From Ignicoccus pacificus DSM 13166 (GTDB taxonomy: Archaea > Thermoproteota > Thermoprotei_A > Sulfolobales > Ignicoccaceae), in NCBI GenBank assembly GCA_025340205.1, contig CP006868.1, positions 270,001-302,000 on the forward strand: DNA of 32,000 bases. The letters run 5' to 3'. The translations under genes were made by a program, and so were the position numbers. The notes under the pieces are model-generated. The model was given only the letters and a program-made list of their open reading frames with translations. It had not been told where the DNA came from and ran no database searches. This document shows positions 17,376 to 25,960 of the stretch, piece after piece; the first letter of the stretch is position 1; each line of letters starts with the position of its first letter.

Positions 17376-19615
17376 GGATGAATGGTGTCTTGAGACTGCC
17401 ACATTTCTACAACAATTTGAGAGACTCCTTGAAAGCAATTCTCATAGTCCCTATTAATCTCACTAAACATGAACATTCTGAGGAAATTATTAATGAGATA
17501 AATAAATGTTATCAAGGTCTAATAAGAGGGAGGGGACGACGGTTAGAGACTTGCAGAAAAGTAGTTCAACTAAGTGGCATGAAGAACGTCGTCGGAGAGA
17601 CGAAACTCAAGAAGTTCTTAGCCGATCGAATGTTAAATGATCCCCCTCCGTTCTCTCCCCTATACCCTCTTAGGATTGATTTGATCAACTCCATTCTAGA
17701 TTATATAAATACAGAAGTAAAGAAAGCAGTTGGAAGAGAACTTTACAATCTTAATCTATATGATGCTGATTATTCAACCTTGTTTAAGGCACTTACTGAT
17801 GGAATAATCCGGAATATCCGCGGTGTTATAAACGTCAATGATGTTACCGAGCTTATCATACTCAGTAGGAGAATCCCCATAGAACACCTAAGTTGGCAAC
17901 TTTCTCCAGGATTTCTACGAGAAGTGACAGATGAACATGTTCATTTAGGAGCATCCTTAACTCCTCTGTCAGCTTTCTTCCACGTGAGTTACTTCATCTA
18001 TTCCCTTCCTCGCAACATCGTGAAGAAGACTAGTAAATACTCGAGCTTTTTGAGTGAGAACTTCTTCAAACTTCTGGAAGTGCTCCCGATAGCGCGCATA
18101 GCTCTTGAAGCTTGTTTAGAAAGAAATGTACCTTCTATCTTTAGTGATAATGAAGAAGTTAATAAGAAAGCGATTAGAGAATACTTAGAGACGCTCTTGA
18201 GCAAAAACGTAGTAGAAGAAGAAAGACTATTGGTACGTGATGTTCTTTTGAGAAATAAATGTTCGATTGAATTTCTAATATACGAATTGATATCATCATC
18301 CCTAGTCTCCTCAATAGTTCAGAACGACCTCTATACCGGTCTGAGCAGCTTCAGCATGTTCTACAGTCGTGGCAGCACAGCAATAAAAGCGATCAGGAAA
18401 GCAGTTAAGAACAGTATCGCGAAAAACGCCAAGAGACGTTACGTTAAGATAATAGAACACTTCCACGGGACGATGGATGAGGTTATCGGAACTAGATTAA
18501 CCGTCCGCTTTAAGATATCTGCAGAGGATTTTTACAAGAACTTTAAGATAATAAATAACTTCAAGAGGTTAAGTTCCCAGAAATACTTTCTAAGTTATGT
18601 AAAAAGACCTTTTAAAAATGAACGGAAGAGAGCACTGCGTTCTCTTCTTGACGACATGTATAAGGAAGCGTACTACTTCAAGCTAGTTCTTGAAAATTAT
18701 GAGAACGCTAAGAAGATAGTATTAGGTCCTGATGTAGCCGGAGTTGAGGAACACGTGCCTAACTGGATTGGGGTTAGGTACGTGAGCATGACTACCGAAT
18801 TTATGACCGAGAAAGGGGTTCCCTCTATCATAAGCTATCATGCTGGGGAAAGTTACTTCAACGTCTTCAACGGCCTTCGTTCAATGTATGAGGTAATAGA
18901 ATTTGGAGGGTTAAGGAGCGATGATAGAATAGGTCACGCCTTAGTTCTCGGAGACACAGAAGTCATGAACAGTTACATAGAAAATGCTTGGGATGCCCTC
19001 TTCGATCTCGTTTTCATTCGCTTGTTTCTAGAAAGGGAAATGCCACACCTAGTGAATCAGCTAGAAGGTACCTTTAGACAAGTGATCTATAAAGTCAGAA
19101 GAGAAGGGATGGAAATACAGCCAGAACTACTAATGGAACTTTGGAAGGATCTGTTTGATGAGGAAAGGTTAAGGTATCTCCTCTTCCATTCCAGCTATCC
19201 TGCACTTTCCAACGGTTACTACTATAGTGTGGTAAATAATTTCAAGATGAGAGAGGTTGAAGAAGAGATATTGGAAGTATTCAAGCACTATTTCAATAGC
19301 TGGCATAAGACTCAATCAGTTGATCTTATTAAAGTTCTGCAGAGATCGTTCTCAGAAGATCAAATAAGGGAGATAGCTACAAACATCAGAGAGTTTCTGA
19401 TGGAGTTAGTGAAAAGAAAAGGTATATTCATCGAAAGTTGCCCTACATCAAACATCATAATAAGGCACTTGAGTTCACATCCGCTTGGTCTATTTAAAGA
19501 AAAAGAATTGAAGGTGGGAATGGGAACAGACGACCCGTTGATTCTAAATACAGAGCCTTTTATAGAGCAAGGCATATTTAACAAACTTCTTGAAGAAGTA
19601 GACATGACAAGGTGA
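17372..19615 (+). CDS. Adenosine-deaminase superfamily protein with large insertions, RdrB-like candidate
   Basis: ADA metal/catalytic motifs in correct order: DEHVHLGASL (H189/H191), SYHAGESYFNVFNGL (H490/E493), DRIGHAL, ESCPTSNIIIRHLSSHPL, VGMGTDDPL (D720/D721). Confidence 0.92.
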   Translation: MRMNGVLRLPHFYNNLRDSLKAILIVPINLTKHEHSEEIINEINKCYQGLIRGRGRRLETCRKVVQLSGMKNVVGETKLKKFLADRMLNDPPPFSPLYPLRIDLINSILDYINTEVKKAVGRELYNLNLYDADYSTLFKALTDGIIRNIRGVINVNDVTELIILSRRIPIEHLSWQLSPGFLREVTDEHVHLGASLTPLSAFFHVSYFIYSLPRNIVKKTSKYSSFLSENFFKLLEVLPIARIALEACLERNVPSIFSDNEEVNKKAIREYLETLLSKNVVEEERLLVRDVLLRNKCSIEFLIYELISSSLVSSIVQNDLYTGLSSFSMFYSRGSTAIKAIRKAVKNSIAKNAKRRYVKIIEHFHGTMDEVIGTRLTVRFKISAEDFYKNFKIINNFKRLSSQKYFLSYVKRPFKNERKRALRSLLDDMYKEAYYFKLVLENYENAKKIVLGPDVAGVEEHVPNWIGVRYVSMTTEFMTEKGVPSIISYHAGESYFNVFNGLRSMYEVIEFGGLRSDDRIGHALVLGDTEVMNSYIENAWDALFDLVFIRLFLEREMPHLVNQLEGTFRQVIYKVRREGMEIQPELLMELWKDLFDEERLRYLLFHSSYPALSNGYYYSVVNNFKMREVEEEILEVFKHYFNSWHKTQSVDLIKVLQRSFSEDQIREIATNIREFLMELVKRKGIFIESCPTSNIIIRHLSSHPLGLFKEKELKVGMGTDDPLILNTEPFIEQGIFNKLLEEVDMTR

Positions 19616-20493
19616 GAGTCGAAATGAACGGTAAACGGCCGGATCTCATAGCGTTCGAGGAATTTGTGAAGACCATCGTTGACGCTTATGAGAACCCTGA
19701 GGGAGCTGCTTCGATGATAAAGAACCTCAAACGAAGTATAATATTGAAGCTGGAGAGTGAGACCCTAGACTACGTACCTAAGATATTCGAGCTCATAAGG
19801 AGGCTAAACGAGATGAAGAAAGAAGCGTTGAAAAGAAACGGATATTGGGTAGGATATGTTCAAGCGAAATTAGTCTCTCCAGGTCTTGTAGGCTCTAGTG
19901 AGGGCATCTTCAAAACTGTGTTCGAAGTTGGACTAACCCTTGACAAAGTGTTGGGCGTCCCCTTCTACCCCTCTTCGTCGGTAAAGGGGGTGGTCAGATC
20001 TAGGATTAAAAATATGCTAGAAAAAGAAGATAAAAATGTAGAGGAAGTCGTACAAGAGCTTTTCGGAGATATGGAAAGCGAAGGAAACGTGATTTTCATG
20101 GATGCTTACCCGATTGGCTGTATAGAGGAGCAATGTTCCTTATTCTCAGGAGCGGTGATTACTCCTCACTACTATAAAGGAGGCCAAGTAGTAGATAATG
20201 AACTTGGAGTTAAACCCGTTCCTATTCCACACCTTGTTGTCTCTCCAGGTTTGGTATTTGAGTTTATAATAGGAGTTAGGCGTGATGGAGGATATACGAA
20301 CACTATAAAGATGCTAGGAAATGGAAGCATAAGAGCTCATGAAATACCTCAAAAAGTTCTAATTAAGATCATGAGTTTATTAGTCGAAGAATTACAGAAG
20401 GGAGCCTTCGGTAGGGCTAGTAAGGGTTTCAACGTATTTGAGCCCGATAAAGGGTTAATCCCCAGTCAAGTGAGGGCATTAGGGATTCTATAG
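19612..20493 (+). CDS. cmr6: Type III-B RAMP protein Cmr6
   Basis: GIFKTVFEVGLTLDKVLGVPFYPSSSVKGVVRSRI; Cmr6-like GNVIFMDAYPI and VITPHYYKGG; GTGA overlap with deaminase stop. Confidence 0.9.
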   Translation: MRVEMNGKRPDLIAFEEFVKTIVDAYENPEGAASMIKNLKRSIILKLESETLDYVPKIFELIRRLNEMKKEALKRNGYWVGYVQAKLVSPGLVGSSEGIFKTVFEVGLTLDKVLGVPFYPSSSVKGVVRSRIKNMLEKEDKNVEEVVQELFGDMESEGNVIFMDAYPIGCIEEQCSLFSGAVITPHYYKGGQVVDNELGVKPVPIPHLVVSPGLVFEFIIGVRRDGGYTNTIKMLGNGSIRAHEIPQKVLIKIMSLLVEELQKGAFGRASKGFNVFEPDKGLIPSQVRALGIL

Positions 20494-20795
20494 AGAATTT
20501 ACTACATCTTCTCCAAATGTTATAAAGAGAAAGTATTTCTTGAGAAGTGTGTTACCGTCAGGAGCTCTCCAGATGTAAAGACGATTCTATGAGATACTCA
20601 CATCAAAGATAAATAGATATGTGAATAGCATGGAGGATCAAGCCATTTTAACCCTTTCAAATGGCTAGCAAGCTGTTTTTACTTTTTACTATTTATAATA
20701 ATAGTGTTTTCTTGGTAATACTTTGTCTATCTGTCAGTGTAGTTTTTCCACATCGATAATTCTGAAATTATCTTTAGAACCATTGAGAGGCACCA

Positions 20796-21562
20796 CTTTC
20801 TATTCACTCTTGTAACTCTTCATGGTATAAGACATGTTGCTACGCTTCCCGGCATTCCTGATGCCTTTCTATTCACTATTGTAACTCTTCAAGGGCCCTA
20901 GAGCTCCTGAGCAGCCCCAAGCTGATCCTCTCGCTTTCTATTCACTATTGTAACTCTTCCTACCGACTTCATCAAGGATCAAGTGAGCTCAAAGATCCAG
21001 GACTTTCTATTCACTATTGTGACTCTTCAGGTGAGAAGATGAAAATCGTCGAGACCAAGAAGCTCCCTTATCCTTTCTATTCACTATTATAACTCTTCAT
21101 CTTTATCATTGTATATTATAGATAGTGTGAGCAGTAAGACTTTCTATTCACTATTGTAACTCTTCGATGGTTCGACTACGACCTCGGACACGATAGATCT
21201 GGGCTTTCTATTCACTATTGTAACTCTTCCTCAAGCTGGCTGAGTACTACGCGGAGCTGGCAAAGAAGACGCTTTCTATTCACTATTGTAACTCTTCCTC
21301 AATCGACCTAGAGAATTTGACCATGGCCGTAGAGCCGAAGACTTTCTATTCACTATTGTAACTCTTCAAAGCATTGAAAAGCTGAAGACCGAGTGCCGGG
21401 ACAAGGTTGACTTTCTATTCACTATTGTAACTCTTCGACTTCATTGTGGCGTTGGTAGGAGAGCCGGGCTGCCTTTCTATTCACTATTGTAACTCTTCGC
21501 CCTAGATCATCCCCTCGAGGCTGGGACTGGATCATACTTTCTATTCACTATTGTAACTCTTC
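20796..21562 (-). CRISPR. CRISPR array: 12 repeats of 26 bp, 11 spacers of 36-44 bp; inferred transcription on the minus strand
   Basis: + strand repeat CTTTCTATTCACTATTGTAACTCTTC starts at 20796, 20865, 20934, 21003, 21073, 21140, 21204, 21272, 21342, 21411, 21473, 21537. Reverse complement GAAGAGTTACAATAGTGAATAGAAAG ends in a crenarchaeal-type handle (ATAGAAAG). Repeat variants at 20796 (A>C), 21003 (A>G) and 21073 (G>A). Confidence 0.98.
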
Positions 21563-21700
21563 CGTGACCCTCCTATTTAACTAGCCCTTCCTTTCACTAA
21601 TAAGCCATTCCTTTCCCATTGTCTTGATTTGGTTACTTTATTAACTCTGAATACTTAAGCTTTCATGAGAACAGTTTTGCTCCACTTCCATCAATTAGAA
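21563..21700 (-). promoter_or_regulatory. Candidate CRISPR leader (minus-strand orientation)
   Basis: AT-rich non-coding DNA abutting the array end opposite the degenerate terminal repeat; minus strand contains 'gagttaataaagta' TATA-like text and a purine-rich stretch. Confidence 0.45.
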
Positions 21701-22088
21701 TTACCTAACCAAAACTAATGGTCAAACAAAAGAGTTCATTATCATCGGCGTTCCCATGTGTGTGGCAATGGAAAGATTAGTTTAGCCTTTAAAATGAATT
21801 GAAGAATTTGTATTCAAAGACGAATAGAGCTCAAGGTGAAGGGAAGAAAGGATACCATAAATGTCCTAATGTGTGATCATTGAGAAGTGTAAATAATAAG
21901 GAATGAGAGTAGTGATGGGGATTTATGGAAATGGTTGACTTAGAAGGAAATAGAATGAAAATGGTATAACTAAAGCTAGGACAAGATCGAAGGGAGCTCT
22001 TGGAAGGGTAAGAACTCACAGGTGTGAAATGATAAAGGTTCCGGTATTCTCCGCTTCTTCAAGAAGTTCACGAAAGGATAGGGCGCCT

Positions 22089-22165
22089 TGGTGGGGCCGC
22101 CGGGATTTGAACCCGGGACCACCAGCGCCCCAGGCTGGCATCCTACCAAGCTAGACGACGGCCCC
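22089..22165 (-). tRNA. tRNA-Pro(GGG), intronless, CCA encoded
   Basis: Reverse complement GGGGCCG-TC-GTCT...GGAT-G-CCAGC-CT-GGG-GC-GCTGG-TGGTC-CCGGG-TTCAAAT-CCCGG-CGGCCCC-A-CCA folds to a cloverleaf. Confidence 0.95.
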
Positions 22166-22276
22166 ACGCACCGTGCCTCATGATGAAAGGGAGTTTATTA
22201 ATTTTACTTCAAAAATCAGATGAGAGTGCCGAGTATGGTCCTAGCCTTTACCACTCCCTTTAGCCTCTTGCTCTCA

Positions 22277-22966
22277 TCAACTATAGGCAAGACCTCCAGC
22301 TGCTTGTCCAGCATTTTCTGTAGCTACGTCCTTTATCTTGGCATCTTCATGATAATAATTGCTCACGGCTATAGCCAAGTCGCCCACCACGCTCTCCATG
22401 ACCGATGGCTCTCCCCTCTCTATCATTGAGACTACGTCGTCTCTGGTGTAGAACTCTAGGAAGGTTATGGGAGTTAGCTGACCCATTATCCTTCCTTGAC
22501 CCACGTAGAGGTAGCCATCTAGTCCAAAGGCCAAGGAGCTCAAGAGCGCCTCCCTGACGGTTACCAACGGATCTATTACCTTGGGCCTCTCGTCCATTAT
22601 CTCCTTCACCTTGGTTTCCGGCAGATCTCCGGCGAGCTTTCCTAGGAAGTAGAGGGAGCTCACGACGTTGCCTCCCTTGAGAACTACTGCTCCTAGCTCC
22701 CTCACTATCATCGTCTTCGGCCCCTCCACCTCCTCCACTATGGGGACCTCGTAGGCCCACTGCTCAGCGTCCGTAGAGAGGACCTCGGCTAGCTCCACCA
22801 CGCTGTTGGCGGAAGCTATGGCCCTCAGCACTTGGGGAGCGTCTATCATCTTCACAGGCTGTCCTTCCAGCAAGACGTAAGGGTACTTGGCCATAGCCAT
22901 AGCCTTTGCCACGTCGAGCAGGGGAGTGCCCTTAGCTAGGGGACCTATAGTTGAGTGAACTATCAA
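22277..22966 (-). CDS. Protein with CBS-domain-like features
   Basis: PETKVKEIMDERPKVIDPLVTVREALLSSLAFGLDGYLYV...GQLTPITFLEF resembles a CBS motif; N-terminal half resembles a second one. Confidence 0.65.
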   Translation of the reverse strand: MIVHSTIGPLAKGTPLLDVAKAMAMAKYPYVLLEGQPVKMIDAPQVLRAIASANSVVELAEVLSTDAEQWAYEVPIVEEVEGPKTMIVRELGAVVLKGGNVVSSLYFLGKLAGDLPETKVKEIMDERPKVIDPLVTVREALLSSLAFGLDGYLYVGQGRIMGQLTPITFLEFYTRDDVVSMIERGEPSVMESVVGDLAIAVSNYYHEDAKIKDVATENAGQAAGGLAYS

Positions 22967-23013
22967 GGATCTCTTCCCGTGTGACTTACGAGAATCTGAA
23001 TAAAAATCACGGG

Positions 23014-23466
23014 TTACTGCTCCTTCCTTATAGCCTCAACCAAAACCTTCGCCAAGGTAGCTACAGCTACCTTAGGCCTCTCGCTGCTATCTACCTCAGC
23101 GAAGGCGGAGTACACGTCAGCGGGGTTCTTTCCGCTCGCCTCAGCGATCATGGCGATTACGTCGATTACATCCATGGTTAGGAACTGAGCCACCTTAGCC
23201 TTCACTCCCTCGCTCATGTTCTCCTTTAATACCTCCAACAGAGTTTCCCCTCTTTCCACGGCCTCGGTAATTACGGCCTCTCCGACGTTGTCCAGTATCT
23301 CGCTGAAAGTGATATCGATGTCGAGCTCCAAAGGCATGGCTCCAGCATTTATCATTAACCTTAGGAGCTCTGCCTCGGCCTCCTTGTAAGGATCTACCTC
23401 GTGGAAGCCGAGCGCGTTTAGAGTTGAAGCCACCGAAGCCTTGGTAACAGCCTCACTAGCGCTCAC
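23014..23466 (-). CDS. Hypothetical protein
   Basis: 150-aa open frame with GC-rich codon use matching neighbours and tight spacing to the upstream and downstream minus-strand genes. Confidence 0.6.
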   Translation of the reverse strand: MSASEAVTKASVASTLNALGFHEVDPYKEAEAELLRLMINAGAMPLELDIDITFSEILDNVGEAVITEAVERGETLLEVLKENMSEGVKAKVAQFLTMDVIDVIAMIAEASGKNPADVYSAFAEVDSSERPKVAVATLAKVLVEAIRKEQ

Positions 23467-23568
23467 GTGTGATCCCGCTGTGTTACTAGCTCTACCGGAG
23501 TATTTGAAGCGGGGAAGAAGGTAGGACTACAAGATGGTTTCCTTAAGACACCTAACTGAAAGTAATAC

Positions 23569-24402
23569 TCAGATGGGCGAGCCTAACAGCATGGCCACTC
23601 CTTCCCTCGGGAAACTATCCAAGGGCTCTCCCAGAAGCTTGCCCAGCTCCTCCGCTTCCTTAACCAATTCCTTGAGCCTTTTGATGACTCCAGCCTTCCC
23701 GACGCTCTCTATCCATCTCCTGAACAGCTTTGCAGAGAAGCTGTTGTCCTCGGAGTAATCCATTAGGTCGTCCGCTATCTGGTAGGCCTTTCCTAGGATG
23801 AAGCCGTACCTCCAAGCGTCCTCCAGCCTCTCCTCCTCTCCAGCAGCCAAGGCTCCCAAGTAGGAAGCTAAGGCGAACAAGGATGCGGTCTTAGCTTCGA
23901 TGATCCTCTCGTAGGCCTTTAAAGGTTCCTCCTCCTTTGGAGGACCGTGAACGTCCCACACCTCGCCCTTTGAGATCTCCCACCATACTTCTATTACCTT
24001 ATTGACTGCCCTAAAACCGTAAACCCTTACCAAGGAAATGGCGTGAGGGATGAGCAAGTTGCTAACCATTACGGTGTCTCCAACGCCATGGACCACCCAG
24101 CTGCTTGGCCTCCCCCTTCTGGTCAAGTCTTGATCGATTATGTCATCGAGGGAGAGGGAGGCGGCGTGGACTAGTTCAAGGGCTAGGGCAGCCGGCATGG
24201 CGTCCTCCGCCCTTCCTCCCAAGGCCTCGCTTACCAGGATCGCTAGGGAACCCCTCAGCCTCTTCCCGTTCTCGACGATATACTTGGCGGTTCCAATTAC
24301 TTGCTCCTCATAGCAGTTTTTAATGAGTTCTTCCAGCCTCTTGTCGATCTCTTTTTTCCACTTCGCTATGATGTCTTTCAAGTTGTCCAATGAGCTTCCC
24401 AC
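23569..24402 (-). CDS. Polyprenyl (geranylgeranyl/farnesyl) diphosphate synthase-like
   Basis: GKRLRG, first Asp-rich motif SLDDIID, second motif YQIADDLMDYSED. Confidence 0.92.
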   Translation of the reverse strand: MGSSLDNLKDIIAKWKKEIDKRLEELIKNCYEEQVIGTAKYIVENGKRLRGSLAILVSEALGGRAEDAMPAALALELVHAASLSLDDIIDQDLTRRGRPSSWVVHGVGDTVMVSNLLIPHAISLVRVYGFRAVNKVIEVWWEISKGEVWDVHGPPKEEEPLKAYERIIEAKTASLFALASYLGALAAGEEERLEDAWRYGFILGKAYQIADDLMDYSEDNSFSAKLFRRWIESVGKAGVIKRLKELVKEAEELGKLLGEPLDSFPREGVAMLLGSPI

Positions 24403-24460
24403 CAGCTATTGACGCGTAGATGTCAAAAGCGCTCTTGTTCGAAGTGGTTGGGAGCTTCCC

Positions 24461-25588
24461 TTGGTCAGCGAGGTAAGCGTCACCACCGGGGAGGTGCTGG
24501 AGGGCACCACTCGATACACGGGGGAGAGCGAGAGGCTTTGTGACGAGGTAATGATAATTCACGTCATGACAGGAGGGACCGAGCATAAGGTAATAGAACT
24601 TTATCAGTCTTGCAAGCCTAAGGCCTTGTTCATAACGGCTTTCCCCAAGAGAAACTCTCTTCCGGCTGCCCTGGAGGCCCTTCAAGGCCTCGAGAAGGGA
24701 GGCCTCTACTTGGTAAAAAGCGATGAGGACTTACAGAAGGTAAGGGTTATGGCGAAGAGGGCTGAGAGGTTCGTTAACAGTAAGAGCGTGCTGATAGGAG
24801 GAGTCGCCCCTTGGCTGGTGGAGGTACCAAGCAGGGAAAGGCTGGAGGAGGTCTTCGGGATAAGGGTAATAGACGTAAGCATAGATGAGTTAATAACTTC
24901 ATTTGAGAACTCAAAGGTAGAGGAGGATACAATAAAGTCGATAAAGGCTGGAGCGAGCAAGGTGGAGGTAAAGGACGAAGACTTGGTAAACGCTCTGAAG
25001 CTGAGAAATGCCTTAGAGAAGGTGATAGACCTCGTCGGAGCTAAGTCCTTAGCGATCAACTGTTTTGAGCTAATCAAGCACTTGGGAGTAACGCCTTGCT
25101 TGCCCCTAGCCTTGCTCAACTCCGCTAACATACCCTCCGCTTGTGAGGGAGACCTCTTGGCCCTAAGCGGGATGATCTTGAGCTATATCGCCTTCGGAAA
25201 GGTTGGAGGGGTCTTCAACGTCGTGGACTTGCAGAGAGGAAGGGTGCTCTTGGCTCACTGCACCGCTCCCCTTACCATGCTGGACGATTATTCCCTGGTT
25301 CCCCACTACGAGACCGGAGCTCCGGTAGCCGTTCAAGGAAGGATCCTTCCCGGAAGGGATCTGATAGCTCTTAGATTGAGTAAGGGCCTCAAGGAGGCGC
25401 AAGTGTGGATCGGAAAGAGTACGGTAGGTCCTAGAGCGGACGCTTGCAGAACTCAAGTGTGGATGGAGGCGAACGTCAATCCTAGGGGTAACCACAGAGT
25501 TCTGGTGGACTCCTCCGACACGAGGGCGCTAAGAGCTGCCCTCGGAGCCTTTGGAATAAAGCCTCCTGACGAGCTCTATCTGGCTTAG
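24461..25588 (+). CDS. L-fucose/L-arabinose-isomerase-related protein of unknown specificity
   Basis: Two-domain layout; GGVAPWLV, ACEGDLLAL, LAHCTAPL, YETGAPVAVQGRI motifs typical of fucose-isomerase-related proteins. Confidence 0.7.
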   Translation: MVSEVSVTTGEVLEGTTRYTGESERLCDEVMIIHVMTGGTEHKVIELYQSCKPKALFITAFPKRNSLPAALEALQGLEKGGLYLVKSDEDLQKVRVMAKRAERFVNSKSVLIGGVAPWLVEVPSRERLEEVFGIRVIDVSIDELITSFENSKVEEDTIKSIKAGASKVEVKDEDLVNALKLRNALEKVIDLVGAKSLAINCFELIKHLGVTPCLPLALLNSANIPSACEGDLLALSGMILSYIAFGKVGGVFNVVDLQRGRVLLAHCTAPLTMLDDYSLVPHYETGAPVAVQGRILPGRDLIALRLSKGLKEAQVWIGKSTVGPRADACRTQVWMEANVNPRGNHRVLVDSSDTRALRAALGAFGIKPPDELYLA

Positions 25589-25951
25589 GAACCTCCTCGC
25601 CTCCTCCTCAGTCCTCTTCTTGTCCTCCTCGTACTCCCTTTCATCTCCGAAGATGAACTCGCAGTCCTCGAAGAGTCTCTTCCTACTTGATGGATTTACC
25701 CTATCTACTACGAAGAACTTTGGATCCGTGTGATACCTAGTGTAGATGTAGTCGTGGAGATCAGTTGCGTAAATGGTAGCCTTTTTCGGATCCTTGAACT
25801 TTATGACAACCCTTATCCACTGAGCTGTGTCTGGGCATGCCAAGACATAGGATATAGGGATGAGTTCCTTAACATCCTCAAGGGCCTTGAGGACCAGCTT
25901 TTTTCTGGCCTCGTACATTACCTTTATCTTTTCATCCTCCACGGATCCCAT
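25529..25951 (-). CDS. Hypothetical protein
   Basis: 140-aa ORF immediately downstream of AdoMet synthetase; converges with and overlaps the gene at 24461-25588 by 60 bp. Confidence 0.55.
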   Translation of the reverse strand: MGSVEDEKIKVMYEARKKLVLKALEDVKELIPISYVLACPDTAQWIRVVIKFKDPKKATIYATDLHDYIYTRYHTDPKFFVVDRVNPSSRKRLFEDCEFIFGDEREYEEDKKRTEEEARRFLSQIELVRRLYSKGSEGSS

Positions 25952-25960
25952 CCCAAGAAA

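Noticed and set aside
22347-22760. 137-aa minus-strand ORF (MGLRGPHSGGGGG...)
   Set aside because: Low-complexity Gly/Arg/Ser-rich translation in an alternate frame of the better-supported CBS-like gene 22277-22966.
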